From Octopus vulgaris (taxonomy: Eukaryota): 64,000 nt of DNA. Shown here piece after piece: positions 13,236-28,032 of this stretch (the stretch's first letter is position 1; every line of letters starts with the position of its first letter). The stretch spans positions 70,990,001 through 71,054,000 of the forward strand of contig OX597819.1 in assembly GCA_951406725.2 (NCBI GenBank). The letters run 5' to 3'. Position numbers and translations under genes: made by a program. The notes under the pieces were generated by a model. The model did no database searches. It was not told the DNA's origin and saw nothing but the letters and a program-made list of their open reading frames with translations.

Positions 13236-16200
13236 TTAATACCAACCACTCCAAGGCTAGAAGGTGCTTTTTACATGCTACTGGCACAGGAGCCAGTCAG
13301 GTGGCCCTGGCATCGGCCACATTTGGATAGTGCTCCATATATGCCACCAGCATGGATGCCAGTCAGGTGGTCCTGGCATCGATCACATTTGGATAGTGCT
13401 TTTTACATGCCACTAGCACAGGAGCCGTCAGGGGGCACTGGCATCGGTCACGTTCAGATTGTGCTTTTTACATGCCACCAGCATGGAAGGCAGTCAGGCG
13501 ACATAGTTGAATATTTATTTTTATGTAGAAATAACAGAAATGCACTCCTGGGTGCTGGCATGGCTGTGCACTTTCCAACCACATGGTTTCAGGTTCAGTC
13601 CCACTGTGTGGTACTTTAGGCAAAGTGTCTTCTGCTATATCTGTGGGCCTACCAAAACCTTTTCAGTTGGTTTGGTTGCTAACTGGCACTCTGTTGGTTA
13701 TGATGATGTGGGTTTCTGTTGATTTGAAGAAAGGAACAACCTGCTTGTGAAATTAACATGCATCTGGCTGAGTATTCCATAGACACATACCCTTAACATA
13801 GTTCTCAGGGAGATTCAGTGTGATACAAGATGTGACAAGGCCAGCCCATTAAATTACATGTATAACTCATTTTTGCCAGCTGAATGAACTAGAGAAACTT
13901 GAAATAAAGTATCTTGCTCAAGGACACAGTGAACTGCCAGGATTTGAATTCCTGACCTTATGATTGTAAGCTAAGTACTCTAACAACCGAGCCACGTGCT
14001 ATGTGTGTTTGTGTGAATGTGTACAAAACCACACTGAGATTTGAGTATAAACCATGAAGAATGGCCACCATTTGCAGCTCACCTGTAAACTGTGACAGTA
14101 TCATTTGCGGTTGTGTTATAACTGGTGAAAGTTGGACATTTCCTCTCATTAAAAACGTCCTCTGGAATAAAAACTAACAACAGGAAATGCATCTGGCTGT
14201 AGAAATCTTGTTTCACTCATCATCATCATCATCATCATCATATATATATATATATATATTCGATGACTGGCACCCATGCCAGTGGAGTGTTAAGAGCACC
14301 ATCCGAGCATGATCGCTGCCAGAGCAGCTGACTGGCTTCCGTGCCAGCGCCACGTAAAAAGCACCATTCAAACGTGATCGATACCAGCACCGCCTTACTG
14401 GCACGTGTAAAACATTTGAGCGAGGTTGTTGCCAGTGCCACTGGACTGGCTTCTGTGCAGGTGGCACATAACACTACTTGAGTGTGGTCGTTTCCAGTAC
14501 CGCCTGGCTGGCCCTTGTGCCGGTGGCACGTAAAAGCACCCACTACACTCTCGGAGTGGTTGGCATTAGGGAGGGCATCCAGCTGTAGAAACTCTGCCAG
14601 ATTAGATTGGAGCCTGGTGCAGCCATCTGGTTCGCCAGTCCTCAGTCAAATCGTCCAACCCATGCTAGTATGGAAAGTGGACGTTAAACAATGATGATAT
14701 GTATGTATGTATGTATATACATATATATATCCTTCCATCTAAGCATTGGAACACTGATAATAACTGACTGTTATCAAGAAGATAACTTTACTTCCATTCA
14801 CTTACATAATCGAATGACATTGGCCTGTCATAGTTGTAGGATCAAGACTTACATTCATGATAAAGAAAGAACAGCATCTGGTCTTTAGCTAGTTCACACT
14901 GTTGGAAATATTTAGACAAGGTGCCCTCCTTCAGTTCTCTCTCTACCTAAGTTTTGCTTCCAGATTTTGACGATGGTCATCAGCTTTATCACTCTCACCA
15001 GTGAGAGACAGTCTGTTAAGTCACAGGTACTGTTTTTTTTTCAGCCCTGATTAATTTGATTAAATCCTGCCCCAAGCTGGATAGTTGATTGTTTAATAGT
15101 AAAGCTGGTGTCCCGCACCTCAAATTCATCCATATTTACCTCCAAATCATTGTCGTCTACCTTAAATCCAATGTTGTCTACCTGGACTTCCTCAACTTGA
15201 GTTTTGCCGTCGTAAACTGAAATGTCGTTGTAGTGGGATGGAGTGAGTTTTGTTTCTGTATGGACGTCGATGCAGAATGAAAATATTTAAGTTTTCTAAA
15301 TGATTACAAGTTTGGTAGAACAATAATAATTATTCCACATTACAATGCCATAAATAATATTCTTTTACTTGTTTCAGTCATTTGACTGCAGCCATGCTGG
15401 GGCACCATCTTGGAGGGTTTTAGTTGAACAAATCGGCCTCCAGGACTTATTCTAGTGGTCTCTTTCACTGAACCCTTAAGCTACAGGGACCATGAACACA
15501 CCAACACCGGTTATCAAGTGGTGATGGGGGTAACAAACACAAAGACGCACATAAATATAAACATATATATACACACATACATGCATGCATGCATACATAC
15601 ATACACACATGCACACACACACACACATTAATTAGGAACAAAATCCTTCAAAGGGATGTTAAACATCAAAGTCTGCTGGTTCAATCCAAGCAAAGAATAT
15701 ATAAAAAACTATATATTTAATATTGGTATAATCAGTAAATAAAATAAAAAATATAAGCAAGGATGATCTTTTAACACAAGGATGATCTTTTAACACAAAA
15801 TTGGTACAAATCCAATAATAATTCTACAAGTTGATTCCAAGACAAAATGGAAAATGGATAAAAAATATATATATATATCTATATAGGTTTTTAAGTTTTT
15901 AGTCTTTTAATTAGCTAAGTATCTAATTCTTTGTAGTTAATAGATTATTTGTTTCATTAACTTATCTATAGATTGAATGTCTATACCATTTATGTTTAAT
16001 TTAAACAGTAATGGCAAATGTCAACAAATATCTATCTATTGCGAATTGTCATTTTAATTAACGCTGAATTGGATTTCTTTTTCTTTCTGGTTTTCAATGG
16101 TTTGGCATTCGGATAATTACCTTCTATCATAATTTGTTTGTTCCTTTCTGGGCTATTAAAGGTCTTTATATTTTTGTTGGTTGAACCCATTCATTCCAAT

Positions 16201-16363
16201 AATGAATTCCTGAAGAAAGGCTTAATTTGTGATTTCAAAAGGATTGTTTTTCATTTTGTTTTGGAATTAATTAGGTTTGGAAACAACTTGTAGAGTCTTT
16301 ATTAGATTTGTACCAATTTTGTATTAAAAGATCATCTACACTTATATTTTTTCCTTTGCTTGT

Positions 16364-16410
<47 letters not shown>

Positions 16411-16801
16411 CGAGAGAGAGCGATAGATATGACAAGCTTTTTTTTAGTTTCTGTCTACCAAAGCCATTCACAAGGTTTTGGTTGAATAAAGCTATAGAAG
16501 ACACTTGGCCATGGTACCACAAAGCGGGGCTAAACCTGGAATGATATGGTTAGAAAGCAAGCTTCTTACAACACAGCCACATTTACATACCGTATACATA
16601 CACACACACACACACACACATGCACTCAATATGCGCAGGTATGATTGTGTGGTAAGAAGTTTGCAAAGTTTGTTTGCCAACCACATGGTTCTGAGTTCAG
16701 TCCCACTGCATAGTTCCTTGGGAAAGTGTCTTTCATTGCAGCTTCGGCCCAATCAAAGTCTTGTGAGTGGATTTAGTAGGCAGAAACTGCAACAAGCCTG
16801 T

Positions 16802-16861
<60 letters not shown>

Positions 16862-17744
16862 ACTAGTTTTCCAGACATGAGTTCTACTTCGTGTCAACTT
16901 TCATCAAAATTGATAAAACAATGTAGGAGGAGTTAGCTAACAACGTTACAAACACACCCACAGATTTCCACATATGTAGTAGATATGTTTGTGTGTGTAT
17001 ATATATATATATATACTACACACATAGCATAGTAGAGTTGGTATTTTTATATCAAATATACTAAATGTATATTTATTGTTATGTACAGTGTGATTGTTAT
17101 TGTATAAAACTTGGAGCAAAGCAAAGACCACCTTTAGTCATGAATAATGATGGGGTTACACCCAGAAAGTTCCCCTCTGAGGTACAAGTCCAGGCAAGGT
17201 TATTCATGGAAGACCATCAGTTGCCCATGCATACCAGCCTCCCCTCTCTATGCCATTGATGTTATCCAAGGGAAGGACAAAGGGGCCGATACAGCTTGGC
17301 ACCTGTGATATCACAACTCATTTCTAGAGTTGATTGATTTGGAGTAACATGAAATAAAGTGTCTTGCTCAAGAACGCAACACAGAGCCTGGTCCAGGAAT
17401 CGAATTCACTGTCTCATGATTGTCAGCTCAATGCTCTAACCACTGAGCTATGTGCCTTTACTTATGTTACAAAACTTGTAATCCTTTAGAAAACATTTTA
17501 ATTATTTACATTATTTACATTTTTTTTTTAATGTTTACATTCTTCCATGATTCTGCCACAAACAAGCACTAAGCATCACTGTCTGTTCATGGAGAAAGAA
17601 TTCACTTTGTCCTCCTGTGACAGCATTCAAGTTGATGATGATGAGATCATGGTTGATAATGGTGAATTTCAAATGGGATGCTTAAGATGGGTTTTGTAAT
17701 AATACTTAGTCATTCTCTCAGTAAATACCACAATAAGACACAAC

Positions 17745-18500
17745 TAACTTGCAGTACCACAGTATTTAACTTGCAGTACCACAATATGTACCTTGCAGTA
17801 CCACAGTATGTACCTTGTGGTACTCCACAGTATGTACCTTGTGGTACTACAGTATGTAACTTACAGTACCACAGTATGTACCTTGCAGTACCACAGTATA
17901 TGACTTGCAGTACCACAGTATGTAACTTACAGTACCACAGTATGTACCTTGCAGTACCACAGTATGTACCTTGCAGTACCACAGTATGTACCTTGTGGTA
18001 CTACAGTATGTAACTTACAGTACCACAGTATGTACCTTGCAGTACCACAGTATGTGACTTGCAGTACCACAGTATGTAACTTACAGTACCACAGTATGTA
18101 CCTTGCAGTACCATATTATGTGACATGCAGTACCACAGTATGTACCTTGCAGTATCATAGTATATAAGTTGCTGTACCACAGTATGTGATTTGCAGTACC
18201 ACAGTATTTAACTTACAGTACCACAGTATGTACCTTGCAGTATCATAGTATATAACTTGCAGTACCACAGTATATAATTTACAGTACCACAGTATGTACC
18301 TTGCAGTACCACAGTATGTACCTTGCAGTACCACAGTATGTACCTTGCAGTACCACAGTATGTACCTTGCAGTACTACAGTATGTACCTTGCAGTACCAC
18401 TGTATGTACCTTGCAGTACCACAGTATGTAATTTGCAGTACCACAGTATGTAACTTGATGTACCACAGTATATAACTTGCAGTACCACAGTGTATAAGTT
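17745..18500. repeat. 22-bp minisatellite (ttgcagtaccacagtatgtacc), about 34 copies
   Basis: Direct inspection; accounts for the repetitive ORFs at 17678-18466. Confidence 0.95.
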
Positions 18501-18621
18501 GAGATTGGGGTGGGGAAGCCTTGCTAACTTTAATCGCTTGTGTGGTGGGTAGAGTGATGATGATGATGATGGCTAGTCATATTATACTACAGCAGATGAC
18601 AGCTTATATGTAATTTTTCAG

Positions 18622-18683
18622 GCACCCCACTGAACATTACTGGCGACAGTGATTGTCCCGAAAACAGTAAAGCTGCTGTTGAG
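18622..18683 (+). CDS. Unidentified gene, internal exon (GTPLNITGDSDCPENSKAAVE)
   Basis: tttttcag acceptor, GAG|GTCAGT donor, 62 nt, phase 1 in and phase 0 out, open frame joining both neighbouring exons. Confidence 0.8.
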
Positions 18684-20382
18684 GTCAGTTAAGTATTGCA
18701 GTGATTGTTGTTCTTTCTCTTTGACCACCCTTGTCACACACGTCTTTTACTAGACAACTGCATCTTTTTCCTTTTTTTTTTGTTGTTATTGTTGTTGTTC
18801 TTGTTCCTGTTTCTTTTAAAATTTTTTGTTTCTTTTTTTATTTTTTCCCGTTGTTGTTTATAGCCTTATCCTTTTATTTTTTTTTTTTTACCTAACCTGA
18901 CATCTACCATTGACCACCTACAAATGATAATATCTCTCTACCTCTTAAACCATGTGCTTCCCTTCATTTCTTCCAATCCATTATTAGATTACTCTGTTTC
19001 TCACTAACAATTAATTTATTCATTAATTTCCATTATTATTACGAATATTCTCCCTTTTTGAGCATTGTCTGGTAACCCTGTTCAGTTTAGTTCAAACTTC
19101 TGGAGTTCATTCTTTGAGCTCTTCAATGTAGCATGTTTTCCCCAACATAGAGAGATTAGGACCTGGGGAAGATCAGTGTACAGATTAGAGTATGTTGCAG
19201 TTAACAGAGTTAGAGTATTTCTTTCCTTTTTTCTCCTTGTTGCCATCATCAGACTGTGGCCATGCTGGGGCACCACCTTGAAGAACTTTTAGTTGACTGA
19301 ATTGACCCTGGTCCTTTTTCTTTTGTTAATCCTGGCAGTTATTCTATTGGTCTCTTGTTGAATCACTAGGTTATGGGGACATAAATATGCCAACACACAC
19401 ACATATCATCATCAAGTGTTGGGCCTCACAGATGAGAATTCTTTTCAAGCGTTGGGTCTCAAGGAAGTGAGTTCCTTCTGAGTGTTGGACCTCATGGAGG
19501 CAATGACCGAGACCTTTGGCATTATGTCATGCATGTGAAGACCCATCAAGCCAAGCAAAATCGCGGTTGTGGCAGATACCGGTGTTACACATGTGGCATC
19601 TGTGCTGGTGACATGTAAAAGCACCCATTACACTCTTGGAGCGGTTTACATTTGAAAGGGTATCCAGCCATAGAAAGCCATGCCAAATTAGACTGAAGTC
19701 TGGTGCAGCCTTCCAGCTTACCAGCCCTGGACAAGCAGTCCAACCTATGCTAGCATGGACAACGGACATTAAATGATGACGATGATGGCTATAGTAGAAC
19801 ATGTCATCAGTTCACCATCATCAATTCGGTTTTTTCGGGGGGAATGGTTTCCAATATAATAGTTTTTAACTATTAATAGTGAAATAATACGTAGATATTT
19901 TCTCGGTAAACTTTCCTCGCAGTGAACTTTCTTCAGAACGGTGACCTGATGGCAGTGAACTCACTTGTAATCATAGTAGAAGACACATATCCTAGGTGCC
20001 ACACAGTGGGACTGAGTTCAGAACCATGTGGTTGGGAAGCAAATTTCTTACCACACCCACACCTATGAATATCAGAAAGAAAAGAAGAGAATCAGGTCAG
20101 ATATGATGGTTTGAAGTGGAAGACAAAAGCACTGGTCATTGAAAATGGTGAGCGTTGTATCTGTTGTTGTTGGAGCCTTGGACGCTGTATGTATGAAGCT
20201 CTCAAACTGGATTGGGAAGATATAACATTTACAGGAAATAGCATTTTTAGGAACTGCACAAATCCTCCGCTAGAGAAATATCTTGAAATCTGAATGGCAG
20301 GCATTACCTTATTCCACTAAGGTTGAGGACAACTGACACAGTAAAGGTGTTGTGTTAAACAGCAACAATAATAATAGTAATA

Positions 20383-20413
<31 letters not shown>

Positions 20414-21489
20414 TAATAATAGCAGCAGCACATGACCAGCAATTTTGTGGGGAGGCACAAGTCAATTATATCAACTCTCATGCTCAAATAGTTCTTTTAT
20501 CAATCCCCAAAAAGGGAAAAGCAAAGTTGACTTTGGTGAAATTTGACCTCAGAATGTAGGAGCAAAAGAACTGCCCCTAAACATTTTATCTAGTAAGGTA
20601 ACGATTCTGAAGCTCACTACCTTAATAATAATTCTTTCCAGTTTTAGTTAAAGGTCAATAATTTTGAGGGGAGGGGTCTAATCAAGTACATCAATCCTAC
20701 TACTTGACTAGTTCTTTATTTTATTGACTCCAAAAGGATGGAAGACAAAGTCAGCCTCAGTGTAAAGATGTCACTAAGCATTTTGTCCAACATGTTCCCC
20801 ATCCTAGCTGTTTACCTTAACCCTTAATAATAATAATTATCATTATTATTATTATTTCTACTCTAGGCACAAGGCCTTGAAAATTTTGGGAGAAGCGGGA
20901 TAGTCAATTATATTGATCTCAGTGCATAACTGGTACTTATTTCATCGACTCCCTGAAAGGATGAAAGACAAAGTTGACCACAGCGGAATTTGAACTCAGA
21001 ATGTAGCGGCAGACAAAATACTGCTTAGCATTTCACCTGGCATGCTAACAATTCTGCCAGCTTGCTGCTTTAATAATAATATTAATCTTGACAAAAAATC
21101 CTTGTGAGTGTATTTGGTAAAGAGAAACAAGGAAACCCATCATGTATGTGTGTTTGTATCTCCTTTTCTTGATGTCACATGATAGATGTCAATGGGTGTC
21201 ATTGTCATACAGGCAGTGTCACTGATTTCCAATCTTCCTTGAAAACATGTCTGGCCATGGGAATGATGAAATATTATCTTGCTTGGAAGGCAATATGCAG
21301 AAGGGCATCTGGCTGTGAAATAGAAATAAAAATGCCTCGATGAATTCGAGACATGGGGACATGACAAGGATGATAATGATGAAGATGATGGTAGCACTGA
21401 CGAAAGATTATAAAACAAAGGGGATTGATTGTGTGGGGGCATGTAGGGGTTGATTCATGTTGGATAAGAAATGTAAGGGCTTGTCATAT

Positions 21490-21888
21490 CTCTTTTACTC
21501 TTTTGTTTCAGTCATTTGACTGTGGCCATGCTGGAGCACCGCCTTTAGTCGAGCAACTCGACCCCGGGACTTATTCTTTTTGTAAGTCCAGTACTTATTC
21601 TATCGGTCTCTTTTTGCCGAACCGCTAAGTGACGGGGACGTAAACACACCAGCATCGGTTGTCAAGCAATGCTAGGGGAACAAACACAGACACATACATA
21701 TATATATATATATATACATATATACGACAGTCTTCTTTCAGTTTCCGTCTACCAAATCCACTCACAAGGCATTGGTCGGCCCGGGGCTATAGCAGAAGAC
21801 ACTTGCCCAAGATGCCACGCAGTGGGACTGAACCCGGAACCACTTGGTTGGTTAGCAAGCTACTTACCACACAGCCACTCCTGCGCCT
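21490..21888 (-). mobile_element. tRNA-derived CORE-type SINE family B (representative; also 42670-43060, 45730-46045, 53530-53897 and many halves)
   Basis: Head gtggctgtgtggtaag...gggttcagtccc, CORE-like ttgggcaagtgtctt, internal (TA)n/(CA)n, tail aaaagagtaaaagag. Confidence 0.85.
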
Positions 21889-23335
21889 ATATATATATAT
21901 ATCCACAACCCGTGACCTTCTACATGGGATGAGCCAGCCTACGTATGCATACCTTCCCTTCTTGGGACACAAAACTCTACTTGTGAAGACGTGTTGAGGC
22001 AAGTGAGGATCAGAATCGAAATCGATCAATGGAAATTGCGGATGTGCTACCAGTGCCGGTGGCATGTCGAAACTCTGCTTGTGAAGACCCGTTGAGGCAA
22101 GTGAGGATCAGAATCGAAATCGATCAATGGAAATCGATCAATGGAAATTGCAGATGTGTTACCAGTGCCGGTGGCATGTAAGAGAACCTTCCGTTTCGCG
22201 ACCGTTGCCAGCACCGCCCCGTTTCGTGTTCGTTGCCAGCCTCGCCTGGCCCTCGTGCCGGTGGCACATAAAAAACACCATCCGTTCGTGGCCGTTTGCC
22301 AGCTCTGGCTGGCACCAGTGCGGGTGGCACGTAAAAAGCACCCACTACACTCACGGAGTGGTTGGCGTTAGGAAGGGCATCCAGCCGTAGAAACATTGCC
22401 AGATTTGACTGGGCCTGATGAAGCCTTCTGGCTTCACAGACCCCAGCAGAACCGTCCAACCCATGCTAGCATGGAAAACGGACGCTAAATGATGATGATG
22501 ATATATATATACACACACACACATGCACACACATGATGGGCTTCTTTCAGTTTCTACCTACCAAATTAACTCACAAGGCTTTGGTTGACCCAAGACTGGT
22601 GTAGAAGACATTGCCCAAGGTGCCATCTAGTGTCGACTTCAGAATGTAAGGGCAAAAGAATTGCCCCTAGGCATTTTATGTGCAGACACACACAAGGGGC
22701 TTCTTTTACGTTCCTTCTACCAAATTGACTCACAAGGCTTAGATCAGCCTATGGTTATAGTAGAAGACACTTGTCCAAAGTACCATGCAGTGGGACTGAA
22801 CCTGGAACCATGCCAATAGCCATGCATGCTTCTATTTTATCAATCGCAGCTGGTCAAATCACTCCGCTCACTTTTCAATTGCCAAAGAGAAAGCCACCAC
22901 CAAATGGCTTTGGAGGAGGCAAGTATAGCCAAGGCTCGTTGCTGGTCAGATGCAAGTTGGAACTTGATTGGTTGAAAATGAGTCAGCTAGGCAAAGGGCT
23001 GGGGATGCCTGATGTTGAAAGACTTGGAATCCTTCACAAAACCCACAGGAACGTCACTGGTGATGCTGCTTCCCAATGCATCTCTGAGATGTAGCTTGGA
23101 ACAAAGAAACCTACATATAAGCCAGTAGAGCATTTTAAAATATAATAACTGGAAATAGTCTAGTGACTTTTGGACCACCCTTTGTGTGTGTGTGTGTGTA
23201 TATATCATCATCATATCATCATCATCGTTTAACGTCCGCTTTCCATGCTAGCATGGGTTGGACGGTTCAACTGGGGTCTGGCAAGCCCGAAGGCTGCACC
23301 AGGCCAGTCAGATCTGGCAGTGTTTCTACAGCTGG

Positions 23336-23377
<42 letters not shown>

Positions 23378-26176
23378 ATATATATATGTATACATATATG
23401 TGTGTGTGTGTATATATATATGTATACATATATGTGTGTGTGTGTGTATATATATATGTATACATATATGTATGTATGTATATATATATATATATACATA
23501 CATACATACGGAGGAAAGGTAGCTGAGTTCCTTTCGAGTGTTGGGCCTCAGAGAGGCAAAGTGGCTGAGTTCATTTTGAGTTTTGGGCCTCACGGAAGCA
23601 ATGACTACTAAGACCTTTGGCATTGTGTCGTGCTTGAGAAGACTTATCAAGCTGAGCAAAATCACAGTCGTGGCAGATACCAGTGCCATGCAAATGGCAC
23701 CTGTGGTGGTGGCATGTAAAAGCACTCATTGCACTCCCAGAGTGTTTGGTGTTAGCCCTGGACAAGCAGTCCAACCTATGCTAGAAAACCACGGCAACTC
23801 AGAATGGAGTTTGATGCAGCCTTCAAGCATGCCAGCCCATTCAAACTGTCCAACCCATGCCAGCATAGACAATGGGCATTAAATGATAATGATGATGTAT
23901 ATATATATATATTTATATATAGAGATATATAAATTTGAATCTACCAGACTCCTCATCACCACTGTTTTTATCTCTTACCTGCTCTACCTTGATGTAAAGG
24001 GGTTGGTGTTAGGAAGGACATCCAGCTGTAGATATCTTGCCAAAACAGATTATTGGAACTTGGTGCAGTTCTCTGGCTTGCCGGCTCCTGTCAAACTGTC
24101 TAAGCCATACCAGCATGAAAAGCAAATATTAAATGATGATAATTAACTGATCAAGAATTTCCCATGGTTCATTTTTATTGGAGCGTTTTAGAAATTATTG
24201 CAAGGATTTTTAGAACAGACACTGTCATTGCTTAAGCCTGCCCTGAGTCAGTGTTACCATTTTGTTTTCACTATCCATTTGTTGTGCTTCTGCCTTCCCG
24301 TCAAACACATACACACAAACACACACAAATTAATGATTTGAAGGGCTGTGTTACTATGGTAATGGCTCTTATAACTCATTAAGAATAGAAGCATTAGTCT
24401 TGATTTGATAGTTGTACATGGTGTTGGGGGTAAGCCAGTTCGACCAGTACTGTTGCTCTCAAAGCTATATGGTCATTAGTACCTCAAGTTTGAGGATTCC
24501 TGGGCTGGTTACCTGGTTTCCATGGCATATAAGCGACCACAGTCACAATTTTTCTTCACATGAACGAGATGCCTGCCTGTCTGGATGGATGGACTGGAAC
24601 CACATGAAATGAAGAGTTTTGCTCAAGCGCACAATGCACTACCCTATCCAAGAATTGAAGCCACAATTTTGCAATCATGCGTGTATCATCCTAACCACTG
24701 TCATGTGCCTTCACTTGAAGCTATAAATTCTCGAAAACTTGAGTTAAGCATTGCAAGCTAATGAAACACTCAGCATTTTAAAGTGCTCCCACTGACTTCA
24801 GAAATATATTGATCCTTTTTTCCCTTTTGATTCCTGCCCTTCTGGCTAGTTTTGGAGTATTTTATTGAATCAAATATCTTTGTGTGTTTACTCGTGTTTC
24901 TTCTCATGTATATATAAAACAGCATTTAACCCTTCTTGTTACCATATTTCTGTTAGAATACATCGTCTTTGTTTCAAGTAGTTTTTAAAATAATGAATTT
25001 AGTAAAATAACTGTCATTATTAAGCTGGTGTTTGGGAAATAAAATTTTGATGGAAAATGTGTCGTCTGCCAGCCTCATCTGGCACCTGTGTCAGTGGCAC
25101 ATAAAATCACCCACTACACTCTTGGAGTGGTTGGCGTTAGGAAGGGCATCCAGCTGTAGAAACACTGCCAGATCTGACTGGCCTGGTGTAGCCTTCGGGC
25201 TTGCCAGACCCCAGTTGAACCGTCCAACCCATGCTAGCATGGAAAGCGGACGTTAAACGATGATGATGATGATGATGAATGTACACACACACATCCAGCC
25301 ATAAAAAGAAACCAACTGCAACTGCTTACATGACAATACAGTGAAAGATGGTCCATCGAGGTCTCTCTCTCTCTCGACCTGCTACAAACAATATTTAAAC
25401 CTTGAAATCACATCTTACTATCTAACAGAGGATGTAGTGGAAGAGATCACTTTACAGAGTGTAGTGGGTGCTCCATATGTGGCACTATAAATTATAATTT
25501 ATACGAATATATTCAGTCAGATCGGAGTGGTTGTCATTAGGAAGGGCATCCAGTTGTAGAAACATTGCCAGATCAAACTGGGCCTGGTGCAGCCTTCTGG
25601 CTTCCCAGACCCCAGTTGAACCGTCTAACCCGTGCTAGCATGGAAAGCAGACGCTAAGAGATGATGATGATATCAATTGAGGACCACATTTTGAGTCTGA
25701 AAGTAGTGTGTGTGTGTGTGTGTGTGAACATGTGCTGTATGACTAAACGATTAAGAAGTTTGCTTCACATCCATGTCTGTGGCTGAGGTCCCATGGTATT
25801 TTCTATAGCCTTCCATATCCCTGTGGGTGAAATTCAGGAGAGGGAAAACTGTGTAGAAGCCCATCAGGTGGATTGCATCTATAATTCAAATGAAACAGCT
25901 TTGTCACACTGATTCTGGCTGAGAATTCTCTTAAAGGCACACGTGTCTCTGGAATACTCAACTACTTTCATCATCATCATGATCACCATCATTTAGTGTC
26001 AGCTGTCCATGCTGGCATGGATTGGACAGTCTGATTTGAATGGCCTTCTTTTATGCCAACTGCTCCGAGAGTGTAATAGTTGCTTTTACCCATTACTCTT
26101 TGAGTGGTTGGCATTAGGAAGGGTATCCAGCCATAGACATATTAAGGATAATCTAGTAGATCAAACTGAAGAATTT

Positions 26177-26208
<32 letters not shown>

Positions 26209-27268
26209 CCCATCATTGTTTCAATATCCTCTTTTTCAAGCTTGCATAGGTCAGATGCAGTTCACTGAAGCTGATTTTCTATGACTGGATGCCTTTCCTG
26301 TCACCAACCCTTACCTGTTTACAAGCAAGACAGGTTTTTGCAGAATATTTGAAATGAATGACATCTATTTACAACAATCATGCTATGTCAAGACAAGGAA
26401 ACATACACACACACACAATGGGCTTCTTTCGGTTTCTGTTTACCAAATTCACTTTGTTTGGCATTAGAACTACAGTAAAAAACACTTGCTAAAGGTGCCA
26501 TGCAATGGAAATGAACCTGAAACCATGCACTTGGGAAGTAAACTTCTTAACAACACAGACATACCTAGACCTCGTTTGTCCATTCATCATCCTGTGATAC
26601 ACCTGGACACATCATCAGTAACATTTCTTGGGGTCATTATGTGTTTTGGGTCTTTTAACATCAGATCCCCTCCTTCACTCAGCTGATGCGGCCAGGGTTG
26701 ATCAAGCTCTGGCTTGTTAGCACTGCTCCTTCCTGGGCTCACAGCTCTTGATCCACAAGCACTTTGTGGCAACTTCTGCTGATTGCCTTCTGCCCCCCAG
26801 GCCCCTATAATGCCCAGTATGTTGTAAGTTTTGTGGAGGGACTGACTTGCAAACCTTCTGCATCCCACTTTGATGGGACCATACCTTGCTTGATACCCAT
26901 TGCTTTGCTTAACGCCACTGGCTCAACATATATCTTGTATCTTGTCATTAGACTGTGGCCATGCTGGGGCACCATCTTGAATCTTTTAGTCGGACTAATC
27001 AACACCATTGTTTTTTTTTTTAAGCCTGGCACTTTTTTTTAAGATTGCTAAGTTACAGGGAATTTAAACTCATCGACACTAGTTGTCAAGTGGTGGTTGG
27101 GGACAAACACACACACATAAATGTACGTAGATATATCTACCAGATCTACTGACAAGGATTTATTTGGCCTGAGGCTATAGTAGAAGACATTTGACTAAGG
27201 TGCCGCACAGTAGGACTGAACCCAAAACCATGTGGCTGGGAGCAAACTTCTTCCCACACAGCCACTCC

Positions 27269-27334
<66 letters not shown>

Positions 27335-27599
27335 GAGGCGCAATGGCCCAGTGGTTAGGGCAGCGGACTCGCGGTTTCGATTCCCAGACTGGGCATTGCG
27401 AGTGTTTATTGAGTGAAAACACCTAAAAGCTTCACGACGCTCCGGCAGGGGGTGGTGATCCCTGCTGTACTCTTTCACCACTCTTTCTTCTGTTGGTCTG
27501 CTCGCTTAACCAGTGGGGTGGCGTCATTCAAAGGCTAAAACAATGCGAACGCATTGTGACCAGCGATGTGTAACAACATCTGATGGTCTGGTCGGTCAT

Positions 27600-27655
<56 letters not shown>

Positions 27656-27659
27656 CATA

Positions 27660-27853
27660 CATACCGGAGTAAGCACATAAATGTGAGACAAGGTGGAAAA
27701 AAAGAGTACTCAAATACCAGAGGTAGAGTAATATGCTTTATTTAAAAGCAGCAGAAATATAACAAAAGCTGTTACTCAGAGTTTCACGTTCCCATTCGTC
27801 AGACAGTTTTTGAGTAACAGCTTTTGCTATATTTCTGCTGCTTTTAAATAAAG
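27660..27853 (-). mobile_element. Penelope-like terminal repeat fragment with inverted arms and a hammerhead-like core
   Basis: About 43-bp near-perfect inverted repeat (27736-27778 / 27811-27853) enclosing minus-strand CTGACGA-atgggaacgt-GAAAC-TC. Confidence 0.5.
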
Positions 27854-27993
27854 TATGGCGTTAGGAAGGGCATCCAGCTGTAGAAACACTGCCAGATCAG
27901 ACTGGGCCTGGTGCAGCTTTCTGGCTTCCCAGACCCCAGTTGAACCGTCCAACCCATACCAGCATGGGAAGCGGACGTTAAACGATGATGATG

Positions 27994-28032
<39 letters not shown>

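Noticed and set aside
17745-18500. CRISPR-like array or repetitive protein
   Set aside because: Contiguous 22-bp units without unique spacers, a period not divisible by 3, and a eukaryotic intron context.
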